From Candidatus Krumholzibacteriota bacterium (GTDB taxonomy: Bacteria; Krumholzibacteriota; Krumholzibacteriia; LZORAL124-64-63): a stretch of DNA of 64,000 bases. Below the pieces are notes generated by a model. It was not told the DNA's origin and did not search any database. It was given only the letters and a program-made list of their open reading frames with translations. The number at the start of each line of letters is the position of its first letter. The stretch's first letter is position 1. Location of the stretch: assembly GCA_022711765.1 (NCBI GenBank), contig JAKLEB010000002.1, positions 1,120,620 to 1,184,619 of the forward strand. The letters run 5' to 3'. The translations under genes were made by a program, and so were the position numbers. Positions 9,722 to 18,244 of this stretch are shown here, piece by piece.

Positions 9722-10670
9722 CGTCGCCCGCGTAGAGCTGGCAGGGGATGAGCTGCTGCGGGGGCACGGACTGACCGCTGAGGTACGCGGCCACCGCCTC
9801 GATCGTCATGCGGCCGATCTCGCGCGGCTGCTGCACGACGTCGGCGTGGATCTTGCCGGCGTTGATCGCCGCGCGCGCCTCGGGCACCGCATCGAAGCCG
9901 ACGATCACGATCTGGCCGAGCTTGCCCGCCTTCTCGACCGCCGCCAGGGCGCCGAGGGCGCTGTCGTCGTTGATGCCGAAGATCGCGTCGAGACCCGGCT
10001 GCGATTGCAGGATGTCCTCGGCGGTGCGGAAGGCGATGTCCTTCGTGCCGCGGCCGGGCAGCTTGGCGACGATCGTGACGCCGGCGTGCTTCGCGAGCTC
10101 CTCCTCGAAGCCCGCCACGCGCTGGATCACCGACTCGACCTCGGGATGGTCGATGATCGCGACCTCGCCTGAACCGCCGATCGCCTCCACGAGCGCCTGG
10201 GCGGCGAGGCGGCCGCCAGCCACGTTGTCGCTCGCGGTGTGGCAGACGATCTGCGCGTTGTCGGCGAGGACTGCGATGTCCGCGGTGAACACCGGGATGC
10301 CCGCCGCGTTGGCCGCGGTGACCGAGGTGCCGATCGAACGCGAGTCGCAGGGGGAGAGCACGATCGCGTCGACCTTTCGCACGAGGAAGTTCTCGAGCTG
10401 GTCCTTCTGCTTCGCGACGTCGAACTCGCCCGCCTGGACGAGGAGCTGGTAGCCGCGCTCGTTGGCGGCCTGCTGCAGGCCGGCCTCGAGGTCCTGGTAG
10501 AAGGGGTGGGTGCGGGTGAGGAGGGAGACGCCGATCACGGCCGCGGGCGTACCGGGCGCGCGGGGGGTGTCGGCGGACTTGCCGGCGTCGCCGTTGCTGC
10601 TGCAGCCGGCTAGGGCGGTGAGTGCAATCGCGACGACGATTGCTGGTGCCGTGCGCATGGAAGATCGCAT
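9705..10670 (-). CDS. Sugar ABC transporter periplasmic substrate-binding lipoprotein (RbsB-like)
   Basis: ORF in the track, 321 aa. Lipoprotein signal ...ALAGCSSNG. Periplasmic-binding-protein type I fold. Overlaps the ATPase gene start. Confidence 0.75.
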   Translation of the reverse strand: MRSSMRTAPAIVVAIALTALAGCSSNGDAGKSADTPRAPGTPAAVIGVSLLTRTHPFYQDLEAGLQQAANERGYQLLVQAGEFDVAKQKDQLENFLVRKVDAIVLSPCDSRSIGTSVTAANAAGIPVFTADIAVLADNAQIVCHTASDNVAGGRLAAQALVEAIGGSGEVAIIDHPEVESVIQRVAGFEEELAKHAGVTIVAKLPGRGTKDIAFRTAEDILQSQPGLDAIFGINDDSALGALAAVEKAGKLGQIVIVGFDAVPEARAAINAGKIHADVVQQPREIGRMTIEAVAAYLSGQSVPPQQLIPCQLYAGDDAAGR

Positions 10671-10868
10671 CGGGGCCTCCTCGAAATATTACGGTCCGTT
10701 GGCGTCGAACCTAGCATGTCCCGCGAGGCTACTCAACCCGACACCTGAAACCGGGAGTCGCTCAACAGCAACTACACTAGGACCGGCCCGTTCACTTCCC
10801 TTTGGCGGGCGTCAGAGACGAAATCTCCATGTGGACGAGAGTACCTGCCACAGGGGGTGGACGGGCCG

Positions 10869-13474
10869 GTTGTGGGTAGCCTACGGACCCTGATCGGTTA
10901 CACTTTTCCGCCTGGTGTCCACGTCAGTCCTCCAGTTGTGGGTGGCCTACGGACCCTGATCGGTTACACTAGAGGCGCTACCGCGCCGAGTACGGCGAGG
11001 TTGTGGGTGGCCTACGGACCCTGATCGGTTACACTCGGGGGCGCTAGGCGCTGGTCGCCGTACCAGTTGTGGGTGGCCTACGGACCCTGATCGGTTACAC
11101 TGAACGGCCGTCTGCCGAATCAGCACATGCCGTTGTGGGTGGCCTACGGACCCTGATCGGCTACACTCTGACCGCCCCCACTGACACCCCCCAAAGGGTT
11201 GTGGGTGGCCTACGGACCCTGATCGGCTACACTTGTCTGAACAATACCACAATTGCCCAAAAAGTTGTGGGTGGCCTACGGACCCTGATCGGCTACACTC
11301 GTACACCACTTGCTCAATCGTTCTTGCCAGTTGTGGGTAGCCTACGGACCCTGATCGGCTACACTCAGAGTCGCCGCGTCGCTGAATCTCCCCTTGTTGT
11401 GGGTGGCCTACGGACCCTGATCGGCTACACTGCTCGCCGGAGGCTAGGACCGAGAATTGAGGTTGTGGGTGGCCTACGGACCCTGATCGGCCACACTTAT
11501 CACCAAGAAAAGGAGCAAGACGCGACAGTTGTGGGTGGCCTACGGACCCTGATCGGCTACACTGAATCGCTCGCGATACTGCGTGATGGGCTTGTTGTGG
11601 GTGGCCTACGGACCCTGATCGGCTACACTCCTTGGAGCTGATGCCTGGTGAGTCCGTATGTTGTGGGTGGCCTACGGACCCTGATCGGCTACACTCGGCC
11701 GGGCTCACCGTGCGTTTCACGCAGAGTTGTGGGTGGCCTACGGACCCTGATCGGCTACACTTCCGTCGCCTGCAGCGTATGAGGCGGCGCCGTTGTGGGT
11801 GGCCTACGGACCCTGATCGGCTACACTGGATGGTCGGACCGCCAGGTCGTCAAGGTTGTTGTGGGTGGCCTACGGACCCTGATCGGCTACACTGCCGGGG
11901 ACCTGATCCTCACGACCGAAGACGTTGTGGGTGGCCTACGGACCCTGATCGGCTACACTCGGCACGGTGCGGCTGTCGATCTGGCTGAAGTTGTGGGTGG
12001 CCTACGGACCCTGATCGGCTACACTTCGCCGTGCGTTTCTCGAGTAGAGACTTCTGTTGTGGGTGGCCTACGGACCCTGATCGGCTACACTATCGACGAG
12101 GTTCCCCCAGGCGGCGGGATAGTTGTGGGTGGCCTACGGACCCTGATCGGCTACACTGTCGGCCGCTTTGATGAGAATGTCCTGGTAGTTGTGGGTGGCC
12201 TACGGACCCTGATCGGCTACACTCCGCCGCCGCTCGGCCGCGAATCGGGGACTGTTGTGGGTGGCCTACGGACCCTGATCGGCTACACTGGGCGGCGCGG
12301 TGTTCATCTCGACGCCCGAGTTGTGGGTGGCCTACGGACCCTGATCGGCTACACTAGCAGATCCACACGACCACTGGCCTGATGAGTTGTGGGTGGCCTA
12401 CGGACCCTGATCGGCTACACTTGCGCCTGCTTTGCTGGCAGCCGCGCGCTGGTTGTGGGTGGCCTACGGACCCTGATCGGCTACACTTGACAGACCTCCT
12501 AGTCGTCGTGGCTGGTGTTGTGGGTGGCCTACGGACCCTGATCGGTTACACTTCGCACGATGATGCCCTGCGCCCGGCGAAGTTGTGGGTGGCCTACGGA
12601 CCCTGATCGGTTACACTATGCCTCCCTGCATGAGCACCGCGAGCCTGTTGTGGGTGGCCTACGGACCCTGATCGGTTACACTGGCCGTGGAGCTCGACCG
12701 CGTGGCACTCAAGTTGTGGGTGGCCTACGGACCCTGATCGGTTACACTCCTGGCCTCGACGCGGGTAACCCGGTCGCCGTTGTGGGTGGCCTACGGACCC
12801 TGATCGGTTACACTCGTCTACGCGAAATTCTGGACCCCAGGGCAGTTGTGGGTGGCCTACGGACCCTGATCGGTTACACTCGAAGTCGTGCCAGGCATTG
12901 GTGGCGGACAGTTGTGGGTGGCCTACGGACCCTGATCGGTTACACTGCAGCCATCCTCGTGGGTCCATCCAGGGCAGTTGTGGGTGGCCTACGGACCCTG
13001 ATCGGTTACACTTCAACGCGCGGCGGCGATATGCGTCGCGCAGTTGTGGGTGGCCTACGGACCCTGATCGGTTACACTTGTAATCGGAGACGTCAGAAAG
13101 GCTGGGAAGTTGTGGGTGGCCTACGGACCCTGATCGGTTACACTCCGCGGCGACCGAGGCCGTGATCACTCGCAGTTGTGGGTGGCCTACGGACCCTGAT
13201 CGGTTACACTCGCGCACGATCGCGACCGTGCGGTATGGGAGTTGTGGGTGGCCTACGGACCCTGATCGGTTACACTACTGCGCGAGTTCGCTAGCGAGCT
13301 CGGAGAGTTGTGGGTGGCCTACGGACCCTGATCGGTTACACTCAGGCCGATCGCTTCGAGCGGATGCTCACGGTTGTGGGTGGCCTACGGACCCTGATCG
13401 GTTACACTAGACGACAGCCAAAACCGAGAGCGGAGGACGTTGTGGGTGGCCTACGGACCCTGATCGGTTACACT
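10869..13474 (+). CRISPR. CRISPR array with 40 direct repeats of 36 bp and 39 spacers (35 of 30 nt, 4 of 29 nt); type II-C style
   Basis: Repeat consensus GTTGTGGGTGGCCTACGGACCCTGATCGG[T/C]TACACT. Repeats start at 10869, 10935, 11000, 11066 and then mostly every 66 bp up to 13439. There are three blocks of variants: R1-R4 GGTTACACT, R5-R25 GGCTACACT, R26-R40 GGTTACACT. R1 and R8 carry GGGTAGCC; R10 carries GGCCACACT. Strand assignment (plus, toward cas2) follows from the repeat 5'-GTTGTGG start typical of type II repeats, the -10-like TACACT at each repeat 3' end, and the plus-strand tracrRNA. Confidence 0.95.
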
Positions 13475-13475
13475 A

Positions 13476-13515
13476 CCTCCCTCTCAACCGGTTGGATTAC
13501 CACTGGTTGAGAGGG
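13476..13515. terminator. Long hairpin between the last repeat and the cas2 stop, a candidate bidirectional terminator
   Basis: CCCTCTCAACC GGTTGGATTACCACT GGTTGAGAGGG: an 11-bp perfect outer stem plus an inner TGG/CCA stem. Sits 1 nt after repeat 40 and 9 nt from the cas2 stop. No U-tract. Confidence 0.4.
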
Positions 13516-13523
13516 ATCCAGGG

Positions 13524-13853
13524 TCAGAAAAGCTGGATCTGCGAGGGCTGGGATTCTGGTTTCGTCGCGGTTCTGCTGAGGTAGCATTCCATTCTCGCGT
13601 ATTGCTTGTCGGTGAATTTCAGGATCCGCACCTGCCCGTTTGGTGGCATGATGGATTTTACTCGCCCGACGTGGACAGCGGCGTTCTCGTCGCTCGGGCA
13701 CGGTCTCGAATACACCGAGTATTGTAGCATGTCGAACCCGTCCTGGATCAGGGATTTCCGGAATTCCGTCGCAGCCTTGCGCTGAGGCTTCGTGATCACG
13801 GGTAGATCGAACATCACCAGTACCCACATGGCTCTCATCCCGCTCAGTTTCAC
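13524..13853 (-). CDS. cas2: CRISPR-associated endoribonuclease Cas2
   Basis: ORF in the track, 109 aa. N-terminus MKLSGMRAMWVLVMFDLPV resembles the type II Cas2 N-terminus (MSYRYMRMILMFDMP). ATGA overlap with the cas1 stop. Confidence 0.85.
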   Translation of the reverse strand: MKLSGMRAMWVLVMFDLPVITKPQRKAATEFRKSLIQDGFDMLQYSVYSRPCPSDENAAVHVGRVKSIMPPNGQVRILKFTDKQYARMECYLSRTATKPESQPSQIQLF

Positions 13854-14782
13854 GACGGCTGGATCTCCGGTAGTTGGAGTTCCTTCGCCGCGACCGGTGC
13901 CGAGGCTCCGTTCTTGACCTGTTCCTCGATCGCGTGCGCGAGGGAACTTGCGGTCGACTCCAGGGCAACGGCGAGCGAGGTGCTTTCTCCCAGGATGGAT
14001 ACCTCGCGATAGAGCACCCCGATCAACCCCTGCTTGACGTCTTTGTCGATCTCCAGCCTGCCTTGGACCGCGAACTCGCGAACGACCGAGTCGACGACGG
14101 GCCTATACGGCTCCATGACATCGTCGGCGAGGCAGAATCCGCTGTATCTGTTCCGGTGGTGAAGCCCGATCACCGGCTGCAGGCCGGCCATGCAGAGTGC
14201 TCGTGCTGTCGCCGCGCGGAGGACCGCGTAACCGTAGTTCAACAGGTTGTTGGGCGGTGCTCCTTCGCGATGTCGCCGGAACGGATGCTTGGTGATGGCG
14301 GCGCATTCTCGAAACACGAGGGGCCAGTAGATCCGGGAGGCCTGACTCTCGTGAGCGCCGATGTTGCCACTGCGGGTCGTTTCAGCCAGCCTACGTAACG
14401 GGACCGCATCATCGCCCCGCAGCAGAGCCGCCTGGTTGGCGATCTTCGCTCCGACGATCCTAGCCCAGAGGTTCTTCTTGAGAGGCGCCGACATCTCCGA
14501 CTGCAGGCGCACTCGTTCACTGTGCAGAGAGTGCACGTCGAGCGGGATGAACATGCCGCACGGGTGAAACGTCTCGTCGCAGGCGAGGATCGCGCCACCG
14601 GTCTTGCCGAGCGCTGCCATGACGCCGGACGAGATCGAGATCCCGGTCGACTCCAGGACGATGAGACCGAGATCCTCGGCGGGGATGTCCGCGAGAGTCT
14701 CGTCATCACGAGTGATCGTGATCCTGGTATTGCGGAGCGCCAATTGCGTGCCGCGCGTAGCGACCGAGATCGTGCGTTTCAT
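13850..14782 (-). CDS. cas1: CRISPR-associated endonuclease Cas1 (type II)
   Basis: ORF 13850..14806. Start moved to the ATG at 14782 (MKRTISVATRG...), which has a GGAGG ribosome-binding site 6 nt upstream; the 14806 ATG has none. Cas1 fold, adjacent to cas2 and cas9. Confidence 0.85.
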   Translation of the reverse strand: MKRTISVATRGTQLALRNTRITITRDDETLADIPAEDLGLIVLESTGISISSGVMAALGKTGGAILACDETFHPCGMFIPLDVHSLHSERVRLQSEMSAPLKKNLWARIVGAKIANQAALLRGDDAVPLRRLAETTRSGNIGAHESQASRIYWPLVFRECAAITKHPFRRHREGAPPNNLLNYGYAVLRAATARALCMAGLQPVIGLHHRNRYSGFCLADDVMEPYRPVVDSVVREFAVQGRLEIDKDVKQGLIGVLYREVSILGESTSLAVALESTASSLAHAIEEQVKNGASAPVAAKELQLPEIQPS

Positions 14783-14832
14783 GAGGCCTCCAGCCCCTGG
14801 CCCCATGAAGATCGACGCCGGTATTGCCGACT

Positions 14833-17800
14833 TTAATCCCTGGCCTGTCGAATCCTACCGATCGGGTCCACCTGGACCTTCGTAATTGAGTGCTTGCGCC
14901 AGTCTACGAAAGAAGAAATACGTCGGAATGGCTGCTTGTTTCCATGAGTGGCCGGTCGACTGTCTCGACAATCACGAATTGTGATATCGAACCGGCTAGA
15001 GGGTGTTGGCTCGCCGGTTAATTTCTGGACTACTCCTATGATACGTTCTCCCGTGACGGGGTTTACGATCCAGACCGACTCTTTCCGCGCCAGCGACATC
15101 ACGAACACCTTCCCCCCTCCGTGATCTCGATTTACCGCGGGAAGCCCCTGTCGACGGACCCGATCGGCCGCAGCCATGGTCGAGACTGCAGTAGCCCACA
15201 TGGCCCTGGGTGCGCCCTGGTCGTCGGTCTCTGCGGAGGCGACGATCTCGAGATGATGGTTGTTGCCCAGGATCGCGAACCGGTGTTTCAGCTGACGCGC
15301 GTTCTTGATGGCGACCTCGATCCTGACTTTCCGAATCGGGATGCCGTTCGCCATGAGGATCGGCTCGGCGTGCCAATTCTTGGGCAGCGTGTTGCTCTGG
15401 CCATCCCAGCCATGGATGCGCAAGCGATCCTCGATCAAGCGACGACACGTGTCATCGCGGATCGTGGCGATGTTCGACCCAGTGAGCGTATCGAGCCGTT
15501 TTCGCGTGACGTAGCGGTCAGCAGCGATCTCGCCGTCACGATTGCGGGCAGGCCCATAGAAGGTCTCTTCGTGGAACGCGCCGCTGATCTTCCGCAGGGC
15601 TCGGTGTGAGACCGTTATGCGCGACGCGAGGTCGCGCGCCGTATCGCGTAACGTGTCCCAAGGAACCGGGAACGGGGGCCGGCCCGGCTCTGGGTGGTGA
15701 TCGCGAGATTTCCAGTAATCCTGATATCTCTTTAGAAGCGCTCGCGAGGAGAGGGCGATCACCAAGGCGTCGATCGCGTGGTGTCGGTGGTCATCACGAG
15801 ACTTGTAGGGTTTTCCATCGTCGTCGACGCGATCCGAAAGGAGCGGTTCACCCTTGGCGTCGTACAGGTCCGGCAGGATGTTGTTCAAGCCCCACTGTCG
15901 CCTCAATTCGGCGGTCAAGCCGCCGCGGCACGACTGGATGGCCTTTTCGCCAGTGCGCAACTCCGGCGGGAAGAGCAATGACAAGTACTCCACGACGGCT
16001 CGCGTGAGATAACGCGTATCGTTGAGCTGGCGGGCCGCGAAATCCTCGGTGTCGAGTTCGGCGCGTTTGAGGCGTTCGAACTTTCCACGTGAAAGCGCAC
16101 CGGAGTGCTGCAGGCCGGCTGCCCGCCGCAGGAGTTGACGGAAAGCCTCGGAACTCTCGCCGAGCCACTCCATCGGCGTCCTGTCGCCCTTCTCCTTGTT
16201 GGCGAGTCGATGGACGAGCACCTTGTTCGCCTGCGAGTCGTCGAGACTGCGCCACCGCGGTAGGATGTGGTCGATCTCCCACTCGCCGCCCGCGAACAAT
16301 TCGGAAACAGGGATCGGCTGGCCGGTATAGAGGCAGTGCCGCCCCTGTTCCTCCCAGATCAGCCACCGATTCACGTCATCGCGACTTCGCGGGTTGCCGC
16401 CAAACTCGGCCACACGGCTCGCCGCCTCTTCGCGCACCCGTTCCCGGTCCCTGAGCGTCTTGGCCTCTTCGCGTCGCCGTTCCGCGCCGTCCTTCATATC
16501 CCGGGCGAGCTCGACGACGATCCTGGCCGGGCAACCGTGTTCTCGGATCAGCGCATTCACGACCTTGCGTACTTCGACCAATGCGCGACGAACGACGGGG
16601 TTCGTGAGATTCTCGAGATCGGTCGGCAGATCGCTCGACGACAACGGCGGCAGCGTCGCGAAACGCGAACTCCCGGGCCGTTGCGGGTAGGCTTTCTGGA
16701 TCGCCTCGAATTCGTCCAACCCGTCGGCGAGGAGCGGCATCAACTTCCGAATCGCTTCGAGCGAATAGCCCAGATAGCCGTCGGCCGGGGTCCACCGGAC
16801 GAGTTTCTCGATCGATTCCGGTTCGACACCGAGGCCTTGCAGAACAGCGATGAGGTCTGTCGGATCATCCGCCTGGACGAGGTGGTCGCGCAAACGCTGT
16901 CGCGTTTGCTCGGCGACCTTTCGCCAGGCCGGGCGGCCAACCGTGGTCGCGAGCTTGTGTTCCACGGAGTTGCCGAGCAACGCCGACCGCCCGCCGCGCT
17001 CCAGGTTGAACTGTGCGTCGGGGTCGACGCCGGTCTTGGCCAGGGCTTTGCGGATGTCGTCGAATTTCACGCGGTCCTTCGACATGAGAAGATCGAGAAC
17101 GACCTGTCGCTCGCCCGCGGTGAGCACCCGCTCGCGCCCGAGGTGCTCACTCACGCGGAGGTTCGCAGTCTCCTTGTGGATGCGAAACTGTTGGGCCTCC
17201 CAGAGCCCTCGCGGGCAGCAGTACTGGCCGGGCTCCAACGGGCATAATCGTACCGACGGCGCGCGATGCAGATTGGCGCGTGATGGCGCGGCCAACCGCC
17301 TCTCTTCCGTCACCTCGAACGGGTGCTGGAAGAAGATCGTGTGACGCAACCGCGACACGAGTGGAGCGGATAGCAGATCCGGATGGCACGTCTGCTGGCG
17401 GGCGACGATCGCTTCGAACTCGGCAAGGTACATGTCTCGCCGCGTGTGGCGATTTCGCAGCCGCGGCTGGTCGACAGGACCGGTGCCTCGTGCGAGGGTG
17501 TGGAGGTACTCACCGAGGGATCGGCAGCCAGAATCCTTGATCGCACGTTCGAGCACGCCGATCTCCTCGAGGATCCCCTCATCCTCTTTCGCCTTCCCAC
17601 TCTTGCGGTTGGACTGGAAGCCCCGGCGCTGGCCAAGGTGGAAAACTGCGCGACCGATCTCGTACGGCTCGAGATCTTCCGTCAACGCGCGTGCACGCAG
17701 TTCGTACGGATCGCTTCGAAAAAGGTCTTCGAGCAACTTGTCATCGACAGGCAGAAGCCCGCCTTCTCGCAACTGCGCCTTCAGGCGGTTACGACGGGCA

Positions 17801-18042
17801 TTCCGCCGCGCGTGGTTCCGCCGCATGCATCTCGCAGTCCGCCGAGACTGGTTGAGAGACATCTCCTTCGCGGTCCCGAAATTGTGCAATCCCGCCTCGA
17901 ATACCCGGACGCCCAAGGGGGGATGGCCAGCACTGTCGGTGTCGGCGAAACCTACAGGCTCAAACGAATTCGGGTTGGCTTCGAGCATCGCCCAACCGAC
18001 GGAGTTCGGCCCGAGATCAAGCCCGAGGATGTACGCTTTCAT
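14833..18042 (-). CDS. cas9: Cas9 (type II-C, 1069 aa)
   Basis: ORF in the track. RuvC-I ILGLDLGPNSVGWAML. Arginine-rich bridge helix RRTARCMRRNHARRNARRNRLK. HNH EIDHILPRWRSLDDSQANKVLV. RuvC-III HHAIDALVIA. GGGGAGGA ribosome-binding site 8 nt upstream of the ATG. Compact size and cas9-cas1-cas2 with no csn2 or cas4 fit type II-C. Confidence 0.95.
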   Translation of the reverse strand: MKAYILGLDLGPNSVGWAMLEANPNSFEPVGFADTDSAGHPPLGVRVFEAGLHNFGTAKEMSLNQSRRTARCMRRNHARRNARRNRLKAQLREGGLLPVDDKLLEDLFRSDPYELRARALTEDLEPYEIGRAVFHLGQRRGFQSNRKSGKAKEDEGILEEIGVLERAIKDSGCRSLGEYLHTLARGTGPVDQPRLRNRHTRRDMYLAEFEAIVARQQTCHPDLLSAPLVSRLRHTIFFQHPFEVTEERRLAAPSRANLHRAPSVRLCPLEPGQYCCPRGLWEAQQFRIHKETANLRVSEHLGRERVLTAGERQVVLDLLMSKDRVKFDDIRKALAKTGVDPDAQFNLERGGRSALLGNSVEHKLATTVGRPAWRKVAEQTRQRLRDHLVQADDPTDLIAVLQGLGVEPESIEKLVRWTPADGYLGYSLEAIRKLMPLLADGLDEFEAIQKAYPQRPGSSRFATLPPLSSSDLPTDLENLTNPVVRRALVEVRKVVNALIREHGCPARIVVELARDMKDGAERRREEAKTLRDRERVREEAASRVAEFGGNPRSRDDVNRWLIWEEQGRHCLYTGQPIPVSELFAGGEWEIDHILPRWRSLDDSQANKVLVHRLANKEKGDRTPMEWLGESSEAFRQLLRRAAGLQHSGALSRGKFERLKRAELDTEDFAARQLNDTRYLTRAVVEYLSLLFPPELRTGEKAIQSCRGGLTAELRRQWGLNNILPDLYDAKGEPLLSDRVDDDGKPYKSRDDHRHHAIDALVIALSSRALLKRYQDYWKSRDHHPEPGRPPFPVPWDTLRDTARDLASRITVSHRALRKISGAFHEETFYGPARNRDGEIAADRYVTRKRLDTLTGSNIATIRDDTCRRLIEDRLRIHGWDGQSNTLPKNWHAEPILMANGIPIRKVRIEVAIKNARQLKHRFAILGNNHHLEIVASAETDDQGAPRAMWATAVSTMAAADRVRRQGLPAVNRDHGGGKVFVMSLARKESVWIVNPVTGERIIGVVQKLTGEPTPSSRFDITIRDCRDSRPATHGNKQPFRRISSFVDWRKHSITKVQVDPIGRIRQARD

Positions 18043-18098
18043 TTGGATGATCCTCCCCAGAAGTCACCGATCGGCCCCAACTCAAGCAGCATACTATC

Positions 18099-18127
18099 TT
18101 GACAATGCGAAATCCAGCCCCTAAGCT
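18099..18127 (+). promoter_or_regulatory. Sigma70-like promoter of the predicted tracrRNA
   Basis: -35 TTGACA (18099-18104), 17-nt spacer, -10 TAAGCT (18122-18127). The predicted transcription start at ~18134 coincides with the first base of the anti-repeat. Confidence 0.55.
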
Positions 18128-18133
18128 GTCACC

Positions 18134-18230
18134 AGTGTAACCGATCAGGGTCTGTGGTCCCATCCATACCAAGGACTCAGATCCGCAGGCTCTGCGGCTC
18201 GGCTTCGGCCGAGCCGCAACCGTTTCCGGG
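18134..18230 (+). ncRNA. tracrRNA: Predicted tracrRNA, divergent from cas9
   Basis: 18134-18152 AGTGTAACCGATCAGGGTC is a 19/19 match to the reverse complement of the repeat 3' half (T-type). Complementarity to the repeat 5' half continues imperfectly, with G-U wobbles, through ~18170. Two GC hairpins follow: CCGCAG-GCT-CTGCGG at 18183-18197, and GCTCGGC-TTCG-GCCGAGC (UUCG tetraloop) at 18197-18214. Lies in the 200-bp gap between the GH92 stop and the cas9 start. Confidence 0.65.
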
Positions 18231-18244
18231 AGGTCCGCACCGCG

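Noticed and set aside
10776-10785. caactacact upstream of repeat 1 as a possible degenerate extra repeat or leader element
   Set aside because: Only the last 7 nt match the repeat 3' end, and the preceding 29 nt show no similarity. Probably a chance TACACT-containing sequence in the rbsB promoter region.
10947-13410. Numerous track ORFs inside the array (for example 10947..11720, 11069..11641, 11795..12382, 12594..13217) with reiterated peptides such as ECSRSGSVGHPQ and VVGGLRTLIGYT
   Set aside because: They are translations of the 36-bp CRISPR repeats in various frames, with a periodicity of 66 nt or 22 aa. They are not genes.
13468-13968. 166-aa minus-strand ORF overlapping cas2 out of frame
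   Set aside because: It overlaps cas2, which has a conserved N-terminus and translational coupling to cas1. The sequence is basic and repetitive with no signatures.
18134-18214. Alternative minus-strand orientation for the tracrRNA (reading into cas9)
   Set aside because: A minus-strand transcript would place the GC hairpins 5' of the anti-repeat and would lack a promoter (it would start inside the GH92 3' end). The plus-strand model has a -35/-10 promoter, a 5' anti-repeat and 3' hairpins, and is complementary to sense-oriented (GTTGTGG-first) crRNA.
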